This document shows positions 1 through 10,062 of a stretch of DNA of 64,000 nucleotides, one piece after another; within the stretch, counting starts at the first letter, position 1, and every line of letters begins with the position of its first letter. The notes beneath the pieces are model-generated. The model saw nothing but the letters and a program-made list of their open reading frames with translations, did no database searches and was not told the origin of the DNA. Both the position numbers and the translations under genes were made by a program. This stretch comes from Vicugna vicugna. Its lineage: Eukaryota. The stretch spans positions 496,001 to 560,000 of the forward strand of contig MU057865.1 in assembly GCA_013265495.1 (NCBI GenBank), read 5' to 3'.

Positions 1-2199
1 CTCAGTGCAGTGATTTTAGTCCCATCTCTTGCTTTCCTTTTTACTTCCAGACACTGTGCAAGTTAAAGCTAAGTAAGCATTATTTCCTTTTTTTTTATAA
101 GTACATTAAGGATAGGTAGTGGGCAGCCAAGAGGATAAATTAATTGTCTGCTTAATGCAGCTGAGAGCATTATCTTACCCAGAAGTGAAAATCTTTAGCT
201 CCCAGGTAGCAGCACAATAGGATAAACCAACTGAATACTTCTCAGGGACTCAAAAAACCCTGAAGTGGGCAGTCAGGGAGACCCCAAACAAAAGTGAAGT
301 GTATACACTTATTGAGATAGGACATAAACTGTATTTTGGACAGTTTACTACTTTCTTCTTTTCACTCTGATGGTTGTACTCTGGCCATTTTCTGCCCTAG
401 AAGTGGGCTGGACTCACTCCTCTCAAATGGACTTACTCAGTTGCCCCAGGCAGCACTCTCCGATCCCTAGAACTTGCAGTCTGTTTTCCTGCAGGAGCGC
501 CGGTGTCATCAGGAACACCTGCCCCTCTGTTCTTGCTCTATTTGTCTTTCACCCATTCTTGAAGGTCTGCCCCATCCAGGACACTTTCTGTGTCTCTGCT
601 AACCATCCACAATGGCTCAGGTCCACATCGCACCAGCTGGAACTGCATTTCATACGTGTCTTCTCATTTCTGGTTGTGTAACAGCGTTATCCATGTAAGA
701 GTTTCTTTTCTTTTTATTTCTTTCAAATATTGAATCATTTCTTTCACCTTGGCCCCTGTATCAGAATTAGTTATGGCACTTTGCAAAAACCACGAGACTA
801 TACCCAGAGAATGTGATTCTGGGTGGTCTGGTCCTCTGCATTTGTGTAAAGTCCTGTGGGTGATTTAGAGGCATAATTATGGTTCAGGAATTTTGATTTA
901 ATGCTTTGCGTTGCCTATTTTTATTTCATATGAGTAAATCTTTCCTTTGCAACTAAATTATAAGGCACTGCAGTTTCATTGGAGTGTTTTATCTTCCAGC
1001 ATTTGCATTGTCAATAGTATAGTACATTGCTTTGGTTATTTCACTTTGCAGAGATGTTGGGAGAAGACATGGTTCTGACCTCAGATATGCTTCTCCAGGG
1101 CTGTTATTAAACAATTCTGAGGAAGATGCAAAGATCCTCTGCCTCAAGGAGCCCTCACAGGACACACAGCTTCAAGAGAACACAGTTTATTTTGCCAGGA
1201 ACAGAAGCCTGAAGGCATTTTTAGATACTCTTGTTTTAGAGTCTAGAATTTATATGAAAAACAATAACTCCTGATGAATATAAAAACTGGGGATGAGCTG
1301 ATGTTCTAATCTACATCTAACCCTGGCCGTTAGGAAATGCACTCAGAAAAGTGTGAAGCTCCAAAAATCTCATCAGAATCTTTAAAACAGACAAAATGAA
1401 GCAAAAAGAAGTTAGTGTAGCCCATTCATAAAGTGCCTGTGCCCCCGGGTACCCTGAAAAAGAATTAAAAGCAGGTTAGGGAAACCCTCGTAACCTACCC
1501 CTCCTTTGTCTGCCACCTTTTCTATTGCTGTTGCTTTTGTTTTTGTTTTTCCCACAGTGGGAAAGCACAGCACCTCTGTATACGATCTGTTAACTCACTG
1601 GTATGAGGAGTGGTGATAAAGATGCAGCCACTTCCAGGGTAAGGGCAGGTGACCACGGAGCCTGACCAGTGGCCTGGCTGGTCTACCGGAAACGGACATG
1701 CCACTTCCGGCTCAGAAAGAGGAGACCTTGTTCGCTTGTGAAGGATGCTGTGCTTCATAGAAAGCTGAACCAGATCTGTTTGCAACACTGCCTTCTGATG
1801 ATGGTGTCCCCCAGACTCTTTCCCCAGGGACCCCCCCAAAGTCCATCCACCACGCCCTCCTCTTTCAGCTTGGCTGTTGTGAGAATTGTGCTGGGCGGGG
1901 CTCCGGGAGGTGAGAACTTGCTGCCTCTGAAAGGCGAAGCTCGAGCCTGCCTTTTAGGTCAGACCTTTTAGGTCTGCTCCTGTGGCGAAGCTACTTTTCG
2001 GCCTCCTTCCTTCTGTCCCCACAGCATGGAGGGGGTGCCTATTTTCACATATGCGCTCAGACATGCAGAAACAAATGCCAAAATGAATTAACTGGAATAG
2101 CTCTATTAATTTATGCTTCGACAGTAATGACCTTAAGACACAGAAGAATTATATATTAATTTGTTTCCAGCGTATAGCCCTGCTCAGCTAACACATTTA

Positions 2200-2590
2200 G
2201 GGGAATGCACTTCCGTGTCTCCAGCTGTGAGGGTAAATGAGGCCGACTGTGGCTGCCGGAGGCCTTCCGGCCGCACAACGCTAGATGGCAGGGTGGCCTC
2301 AGGGATGCACCCGGCTGCTGGCGGCTGCAAAGCACTTTTGTTTGCAGTCATTATTCGACACACTCAAAAAATCGACAATTTTTCTCATGTTGTTCATTTG
2401 GAAATTCTATTTAAACTTATTTATTTACACGGGCACATACATAACATGTCTATTTACAAACAAATATGCCTACACTGTCCGAGATAAGGGTGTTTAAGAA
2501 GCAATGCGTCCCCCGCGCCAGCCTGGCTGACTTGTGCGAAATTTCCCGGCCCTGCAGGCGCCCCGCTGCGCTCCACGCCAGCGCACACAC
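2200..2590. promoter_or_regulatory. CpG-rich candidate enhancer/insulator (weak orphan CpG island)
   Basis: About 22 CpGs in ~390 bp against a depleted background. CTCF-like ACGCTAGATGGCAG at 2278-2291. Forkhead-type TATTTAC at 2422 and 2451 and TGTTTGC at 2339. No recognisable repeat. Confidence 0.5.
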
Positions 2591-3185
2591 AGCCATCCAG
2601 CCTTATTGATGTTAGAAAGGGGAGAGATGTCTTTGAAAGTCAAAGGGCATAATCCCTTCCAGGGGGGAAACTGTTTTTAACACATGGTTTGGTCAGTTAG
2701 GGGCGCTCAGAAAAAAAAAAAAAAGGCAGAACGACCAGCATCCTACATTCAAACTCTGCCCCGGAAAGAAGATTAAAAGTAAAACCAGATTAGAGATTTG
2801 AATTTTATTCAAGTCCTTTCTCCTCTTTCCTCTCCCTCGTCCTCTAATCTCTCCTACTCTTTTACCTTCCAGTCTCTCCTCTTTGTTCCTTTTCCTATCA
2901 AGTCCCCCCACCTTTCTTTTCCACGTCTCCCCTTTCCCATCCTTCATTCTCTCTGCATCTGATGCTGTTGAGCTGCCTCTGATCCCGCATCCCTTTATGC
3001 AGCCTTTTCCCGTTAATGAATTGTTAACATTTCGTAGGGAGTGGTGACTGTTCTCTTCTCAGCTCCTGGACCTTGCAGCTTACAAGCTGCCTTCATTCTG
3101 GGCAGGAAAGCCACAGCTCTGAGCCGGCTACTTCTTGTCTGCAAATAGTTTTCCAGGGTTTACAACATTTGGTATGCAAGAAGGT

Positions 3186-3357
3186 CTCTTCCTTCCTTCC
3201 TTCCTCCCTCTCTTTCTCCTTCCCTCCCTCTCTCCTTCCCTCCCTCCCTCCCTTTCTCCCTTACTTCCTCCCTCCTTTCCTTCCTCCCTCCCTTTCTTCC
3301 TCCCTCCCTCCTTTCCTTCCAACCCCCTTTCTTCCTTCCTCCCTTCCTTTTTCCTCA
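3186..3357. repeat. Polypyrimidine (CCTT/CCCT)n-type simple repeat
   Basis: Nearly pure C/T tract. It produces the low-complexity ORFs at 3073-3551. Confidence 0.95.
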
Positions 3358-3837
3358 TCCAAGTTCAGGTGGGATTAGAATTTCAGTTAATGAAGCCTTC
3401 TGGAAAAGGGAGACTGACTCCTCTCCATGGTGGAGAAAACAGACTCCAGCAATTTTCTGAAATGCCTGGCTTTTGTGGCTTTCTGCAGTGGAAGTATTTC
3501 AGGAAACACATCATGCAAGCAGAGAACCATCTGATGGCATTTTCAGACTGAGATTCTTGGACGCACCCTCTGCCTCAGTTACCTAGCAGGCAATCCTGGG
3601 CCCGAAATGATAACTTTTAAAATATTTTCTTTCCACATAAAATTCAGGTCGTCTCTTGATCTCTGTCCAGAAAGACATACGGGCTTCTGTGGTTGTATGT
3701 GCCGTCTTCCTTTTTTTTGTTGTAGAGTAAGTGTCTTCTGAATAATGTGTAGGTAAGGAAAAATAGAACAAAAAGTAATCAATAGATTTCAGTCTAGGTT
3801 AGAAAGTGACTTCTTTCCTCTCAAACCTACATACAGT

Positions 3838-4004
3838 GGGGAGGGTATAGCTCAAGTGGTAGAGCGCGTGCTTAGCATGCATGAGGCCCTGGGTTCAATC
3901 CCCAGCACCTCCACTAAAAATAAATAAATGTAATTACTTCCTCCCCCCAACATAAAAAAAGATAATTAAAGTGGTACAATAATAAATAAAATATTTTTAA
4001 AAAA
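3838..4004 (+). mobile_element. tRNA-Ala(AGC)-derived SINE, camelid vic-1-like, long form
   Basis: tRNA-like head GGGGAGGGTATAGCTCAAGTGGTAGAGC...GGGTTCAATCCCCAGCACCTCCA with A and B boxes. It is followed by an AATAAAT/TAATTACTTCCTCCCCCC tail similar to the 55242 copy and an A-rich end. Weak TSD (3823-3835 vs 4003-4015). Confidence 0.9.
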
Positions 4005-5502
4005 CCCTATAAACAAGATATGTAGGCAGTTCTGTGTGATTCTATACAACATGTACAAATATGATTATAAACTGCTTTGATAATTTACATAAAGATGTGT
4101 GGTCTTCGGGACAACTGTATCATAGCTACATCTCTGGCCCACCGTAAATTTAAAATTTTACCAGTGCAAACCCCAGAAATAGATAGATATTATGAATCCT
4201 ATATTATTCCCCACTTCATTGCCTTGCAAAATTGTTCATGGTGATTATCTTAGGCACTCAAAATTCTAAAGTTCTTTCAAATTTTTTCTTGAAAAGTTAT
4301 ATTTAATTGGAGTCTCTATGTTAAGTATATTATATTTCTAATAATAGGAAAGCTATGTATAGTATGCACAATATTTTTAGTTGTGAAGAAATATTGTTTA
4401 AATAGGAGGTGAATTATCCCATCCCTGTAAGATACTGGGTAACTCAGTATTTAATCCCTTCCCCCTGCACTTTTCTTTTCCTCTCTTTTACTTCCTTCTC
4501 CCCACCCCCTTTTCTTCTTTGTATCTTTCCTATATGTCACTGTGATCATTAATAAGAAATTCATGTCAGCCCTTTATAGAATAAAAGAAACAAAAGCCAT
4601 GGACTTTCCTTCTTCATTTGAGCATTTTCTTCAAACTAGAGATGCTGACCATCTCAAAACCAGTAGATAGGAGCTCACATTTTATGAATGTGTGCCCTTA
4701 CCATAAACTTCAACCAAGCCCTCTAGATTATTTCAGGAAAATCTTTCTTCTCTACTGCTACTGGACACATTTAGAGATCTAAGAAAAAAGAAATTGTCTT
4801 CCTCCTGATCGACTGTGACATGCATCCTGTTGTTAGGTGAATAATTGAGCAGTTAATTTTAATCGGAAGCTCTTTGCAGAGGGGGATGCTGGAGAGGGTT
4901 AATTGCTAGGGTAAAACAACCACGGGAGTTCACTTTACTGGGGTGCTAATCGGGTAACAGGTGAGCATAAGCAGTGCGGAGAAGCAGGAAGTTAGAACAC
5001 AGGAGGGACCGTGTCGATGTTAAGCCCCACAACCTTGCAAATGTACTTAAGTCATCGGTGCTGCAGACTGAGTGGTGAACTGTTTCAGCTTCAGACATTT
5101 CAGGCTGCAGTGGTATGACCGGCAGTGGCTTGGGAGAGAGAGGGAGGTGGGTTTCCTGGTGAGTAAGTGACCTCGGCTGTATCAGACAGTTGGCCTTTGG
5201 GCTTTCGGCATCAGTGGTATGAGTTGCAGACAGAGGCAGCTGTCGGTGAAGCCAGGCTTTTTCCCAGATGTGACAAGACCTGGAGGCCTCAGGATGCCCA
5301 CGTCTTCCTGGATCTCTTCAGTTCTTGGTTATCCTTAGATAAGATGCAACGATGTTTAACCTCAATAAACGTTAGAACTAAGTTATCAACATTTCTGGAA
5401 AAAGAAATATGGTGATTTGTTTCCACTTTTAGGTGTATTGCGTTGAGATCACATCCCTTCTCTTTTTCCTAGAGCAGGTTAGAAAGAAAAGAAAGACTGG
5501 AT

Positions 5503-5677
5503 CAGCAGTTGACAACCTTGACTGTAAGTAAGAATCACATGGGGAGGGTTTAAAACTCCCTGTGGCCAGGCTTCACCCCAGACCAACTAACTTAGAATCC
5601 CAGAGGAGGGGCCCCGCCCCTCAGTAAACGTTAGGATACCCCAGGTGAGTCTGCTGGGCCAAGGCTGTGAGCCACAG
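5503..5677 (+). mobile_element. MER5A1-like hAT-Charlie MITE
   Basis: CAGCAGTTGACAACCTTG...AGAATCACATGGGGAG...CACCCCAGACCAACTAA...CCCCAGGTGA...CCAAGGCTGTGAGCCACAG follows the recalled MER5A1 consensus end to end. Confidence 0.75.
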
Positions 5678-5871
5678 ACGAGAGGAAGAGAATGTGGAAA
5701 AAGAGCAACTGTCCTGTAACTGTATGTGACACAGTGTGATTACTTTACATTTAACGTCATACTTTTGGACGTCTATGAGGGACAGTGAGAGTTTGTGTGC
5801 AGGGGATGCAGAGTCATTCAAAGGGGGTTTAATTCTTATGCTACAGGCATGGGGGGGGAGGAGTCATATTT

Positions 5872-6282
5872 TAGCCTAGAACAGAAAGTTTTTTTCCCAA
5901 ATTCTGTAAGACAAAGGTCCCAAATCAGTAATACTGGACCAAAGTCAAAGTGTCTGTAGGGCTGTGATTCCTTCCAGAGGAGAATCCATTCTTTGCTCCA
6001 GCTTCCGGGGGCTGCTGGCATTCTATCATTTATGGCTACAGTCTTGAAATCTTTCTCTGGTCGGTCGTCAAGTGGCCTTCTCTGGGTGTGTGTTAAATTT
6101 TCTTCTGCCTCCTTTTTATAAGGACACATGTGATTGCATTTAAGTCCCACCTGGGTGATCCAGGATAATCTCCCTACCACAAGATCCTTCATCTAATCAC
6201 ATTAATGATGACTTTGCCATCTGACACTTATAGGTTCCAGGATAGGACCAGACATTTTGGGGGCATCATTTAGGCTACTGTA
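5872..6282 (-). mobile_element. MLT1B-like MaLR solo LTR
   Basis: Characteristic ATAAGGACACATGTGATTGCATTTAAGTCCCACCTGGGTGATCCAGGATAATCTCCC and GGTTCCAGGATAGGAC...GGCTACTGTA blocks. Confidence 0.85.
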
Positions 6283-6699
6283 GAAGTACATGAGATCGCG
6301 TTGCTGCTGTGCACTTGATCTATTAGCTCAGAAATGTCCAATTTCTCAGACAGATGCCTCCCCAGGCTCTGAGACCCACCTGAACCATCCTCTTCCTCCA
6401 GCCCTGCCAAAATGAATGGAACAGAGAGCTGGGGAGCTGCTGAAAACTCCTGGGCATTGGGGTGGTGTTGGCAAAAGGTAAGAAAAATAATTGTTGTTTT
6501 TTGGTAGTTTTAACCTAATTTCTTATAATCCTCTTCATCTGGTCTTCCTACAGTATTAAGTAACACATTAACACATCTACCAGAAGGAGTTTATCAAGCA
6601 CTGACTATGTGCAAAGTATTGTGTAAACATTGGGATACAGAGAGAAGTATGGGGGAAACTCAGATCCAGAGACTGCATTCATCACAGTCCTTAGTTTAT

Positions 6700-7216
6700 T
6701 GTTAACTACTGTGAACAACTTGTTAGTGTGAGTTTCCCTCTTCCCTCCCTCCTTCCCTTCCTCACTAGGCTTCTCTGTAGGCAATAGTGACAATGTCTGT
6801 TGGGGGTGGTCACGGAGAGGACGCGACTGCCTGTTGATCCCAGAGCTGAACCTGGGTAAACAGAGGCTCCTCGCCCCCTCCCCCATCCTTGGACTATTCG
6901 TTCTGCCCACTGTCCCCTCAGTGGGAGCCGGGTTCAAGGATGCAGCCTTGAGAGCTGTTGTGAAGACCACCTGGACTCAATTCATGACTGCACCCTTTAA
7001 GTTCTCTCTATAAACTCTTAAGATGCTGGCAGGCGCGCTTGGATCTACTTGTCTGGAGGAGCCCAAGACAAGCCTCATGTGTAGATTCTCTGTTTCTTGG
7101 CACCACTACCTACCAACCTGGAGTGGTCACCTCATTCTTAGGTCTCTTCTTGCCCTCCTTATCTGAGGGCCAGTTTCAGATTTCACCCGGATACCTCTGG
7201 AGTTTGTGAACCAACT
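6700..7216 (+). mobile_element. ERVL-class solo LTR (MER73/MER74/MER88-like)
   Basis: Starts TGTTAAC. The 3' part CCCAAGACAAGCCTC...CTACCAACCTGGAGTGGTC...GGCCAGTTTCAGATTTCACCCGG...GAACCAAC resembles recalled ERVL LTR ends. Exact family uncertain. Confidence 0.6.
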
Positions 7217-7898
7217 ATGTGTTTGTTTCCTTAAACTTGTATGTATCCTTGTAGGATACATATTGTTGCTTTCTATGCATATGCACTTTTATTTTTCGAA
7301 AACATTGTGCTATGGGACTGATATTGTTTCTTAATGTTTAATCTCAGCATTGTGTTTAAGATCCATCCATTTTGCTACGCATTCTATTGTTGTAGTCATT
7401 GCTTCTAACGACTGTGTAATATTCCATGACATCCAGCAACCACATTTTACTTTTCCCTTCCTCCAGTTATAGACGCTTAACTGGTCTCCACCTCCCTGAT
7501 GCAATGCACATCTTGTATGTGTCACAGAGATTGTGCAGAATCAAAAAGTAGATGATTACTTAAATGGGCCAAGTGTTGCCAGCTTGCTCTCAGAAATAAC
7601 TACTTCAGTCTCTCTTCCCACTAACAGCAGAAAAGGGTAATTCCTTCTCTATGTCCCCAGGAACCCTTGGCATTATCCAATGTTTCAATGTTTGTTATTC
7701 AGATAGGTGTAAAGTACATGATCATTTTAATTTCCATTTCTCTGATGACTCTTCAACTTGGATATCTTTCCATATACTTTCTCAAGTCACTTGAGTTTCC
7801 CCTTCTGTGAATTATCTGTTCGTATCCTTTGGCCATTTTAATTGTAGTTTTCTATCATTTTCTTCTTGATTTGCAGGTGTATCTTTTATATTCTAAGT

Positions 7899-8105
7899 GA
7901 TGCTGCCTGATAAGGTGGCAACTAGCCACTTATGACTATTTTGATTTAAAGTAACTAAAATTTAAACAAAATTAAAATTCAGCACCTTGGCCACACTTGC
8001 TACATTTCAAATACTCCATAGCCACATGTTTCTCCATATGGCTACCATATTTGACCATGTAGAGAATATTTCCATTATCACAGAAAGTTGTTTAGGACAA
8101 TGCTC
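7899..8105 (-). mobile_element. MER3-like hAT-Charlie MITE
   Basis: ACTAGCCACTTATGACTATT...AAAATTCAG...CTACATTTCAAATACTC...TTTCCATTATCACAGAAAGTT...GGACAATGCT matches the reverse complement of recalled MER3. TTCTA is repeated on both flanks. Confidence 0.8.
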
Positions 8106-8177
8106 TTCTAGAAATAGTAGTTTCTTATTTTTAGATATAGCTAATATTTTCTTCAAATCTGTCATTAACATTTTCTA

Positions 8178-8704
8178 TGAGGTGGCGAGTTAAATGAGGC
8201 TTCCATCCTTTGACACATCCTTTAATTAGAAATATAGTCTATGTCTCTTCTCCTTGAATCTGGGAGTGTTTTGACCAATAGAATTGTGTAGAAGTGATGA
8301 TGGGCCTGTTTCTGGGTGAAAGGCTTAATCAACTGGCAGCTCCTAATTTCTGTCCCTTGGAACACTCTCGCTGGGTGTCTTGGGTCTCCGTGTAAGAAGT
8401 TTGACCACTCTGAAAACCACCAAGTAGAAGGCACATGGAAGTGCTCTGTCAACAGTCCCAGCTGATCCCAGCCTACCAGCCATTTCTACCCACCCCAGAC
8501 ATTTTAGTGAAGCCATCTTGGATGAGAACTCTGCTGAGTACTACCAAATGGGTTCAGTCAATGCACCATGGAATGCGAGAATAATCCAGCTAAGCCCTTC
8601 CAGAATTCCAGACCCAGAAAGTCATGGAATACAATTAAATGGTTTTTTTTTAAAGCCATTATATTTCAGGGTATTTTGTTATGTGGCAATAGATAACCAG
8701 ATAC
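8178..8704 (+). mobile_element. MLT1G/H-like MaLR solo LTR
   Basis: CCTTGAATCTGGG...TTGACCAATAGAAT...GAAGTGATG near the start and a typical MLT1 end TTTTGTTATGTGGCAATAGATAACCAGATAC. Confidence 0.8.
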
Positions 8705-9084
8705 TCTTTTTTTTAAACAAAAAATGACGTAAGCAATGCAGTTTAGTATGCACACTTCACGCATCACAACACTAATACTGTGACAAGGAAGGAATGAGAT
8801 GGCAGATGTTAAGAAAGCTCTTCGCACAGTGCCTGGCTCATGAAGTAGATGCTCTGATTGAGGGATGTGGCAGAAAGGACGGATGACTGACTGACTCTAC
8901 TTGGCCAAGTGAGGCGGGGGTGAGTTGTTAGGCAAGTGTCCTCGGAATTAAAGGGTTAGCTATATATTAGAGGTAATAAAGGAATTTATCAGACCAACAT
9001 TAAGGAGAAAAAGACATCTGAGCTAGAACAGTTGTGGTGTGCTAAGGCAGGTTCAGATATTTACTTATTTATTAAAAAAATCTG

Positions 9085-9208
9085 TAAATATATATTTAAG
9101 ATATATAAGTATATATTGGTATATATGCAATATATCTATCTGTATATATTTATATATAAAATATATATGTATGTATGTATGTATATGGTATACACATATA
9201 TATGTATT
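9085..9208. repeat. (TA)n/(TATG)n low-complexity tract
   Basis: Degenerate TA/TATG repeats next to the 3' end of an L1 fragment. Confidence 0.85.
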
Positions 9209-9209
9209 C

Positions 9210-9436
9210 TTTTTAAAAATTGAGTTATAGTCAGTTTACAATGTTGTGTCAATGTCTGGTGTACAGCACAATGCTTCAGTCCTACATGAATATACATGTA
9301 TTCATTTTCATATTCTTTTTCACCATGAGCTACTACAAGATACTGAATATGTTTCCCTGAGCTATACAGTATAAACTTGTTTAGCTATTTTATATATACC
9401 AGTCAGTATCTGCAAATCTCAAACTCCCAGTTTATC
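9210..9436 (-). mobile_element. 5'-truncated lineage-specific L1 3'UTR fragment
   Basis: TATAGTCAGTTTACAATGTTGTGTCAATGTCTGGTGTACAGC...ATCTGCAAATCTCAAACTCCCAGTTTATC aligns with the 3'UTR of the full-length L1 at 37610-37826. Confidence 0.92.
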
Positions 9437-9889
9437 GTCTTTTGATGAAAACAGCTGCCTAATTTTAATATAGTCACATTTATAATCTTTTTCCTTATGA
9501 TTTTATTTTGCATGTGTTATTTAAGAAATCTTTCCCTACCTAGAAGTAATACAGATACTTTCCTATAGCATCTTCTAAGATTTATAGCTTTGCCACTTGT
9601 GTATAAGTTTTTTAACACACATGAAATTAATTTTTGCCCATAGTATAAGGCAAGAATTTGATTTTGCTTGGATAACTAATTATCCTAGAACAATGTATCA
9701 AATTGTTCATCTTTTCCCATTGATTTGTAATGGCCACCGTGTCATAAATCAAGTTTCCAAACAGGCATGGGTCTACTCTTTTCAAGTTTTCTATGTGTTT
9801 ACTGATACACTACTTACCACACTGTTTTAATTACTATAGAAATGTGTCTTGATATTTGATAGAACAGGCTTTCTTTCTTTCTTTCCATC

Positions 9890-10062
9890 TTAATTTTTAT
9901 TAAATTAAAACTTAACTTTTTAGAGCAGTTTCACGTTCACAGAAAAACTGAGGGGAAGGTACAAAGATTTTCCGTATAACCCCTGTCCCTGCACACGTGC
10001 GTATCCACAATTTCCCCCCTTATCAACATCCTTCATCACAATGGTACAACTGATGAAACTAG
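9890..10062 (-). mobile_element. L1MC-like 3' end fragment
   Basis: TTTTTAGAGCAGTTTCACGTTCACAGAAAAACTGAG...GTACAAAGATTTTCCGTATAACCCCTGTCCC...TATCAACATCC resembles the recalled L1MC1 3' end. Confidence 0.65.

Larger units (their letters stand above)
7217..9870 (-). mobile_element. Ancient L1ME-like fragment split by three later insertions (pieces ~7217-7898, 8106-8177, 9437-9870)
   Basis: Degenerate antisense L1 ORF2/3'UTR text (TTCTGTGAATTATCTGTTCGTATCCTTTGGCCATTTT ... GTCTTTTGATGAA...TTTAAGAAATCTTTCCCTACC) reads on across the interruptions. Confidence 0.7.

Noticed and set aside
1032..1274. 80-aa ORF overlapping an acceptor-like site
   Set aside because: No recognisable homology, and it includes an L2-like motif (ATCCTCTGCCTCAAGGAGC).
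1558..1639. Exon-like segment with a strong acceptor and a GTAAGG donor
   Set aside because: It has stops in all three frames. It shows that pseudo-exons of this strength occur here, which lowers confidence in the proposed exon chain.
2689..2707. Second CTCF-like motif TGGTCAGTTAGGGGCGCTC
   Set aside because: It mismatches the central AG core positions.
3073..3551. ORFs of 76-138 aa rich in P/S/L/F or G/R/E/K
   Set aside because: They are translations of the (CCTT)n simple repeat.
3841..3913. Functional tRNA-Ala(AGC) gene (also the copies at 55242, 56026 and 56291)
   Set aside because: Acceptor-stem mismatches, A-rich tails, TSDs and multiple diverged copies indicate SINEs.
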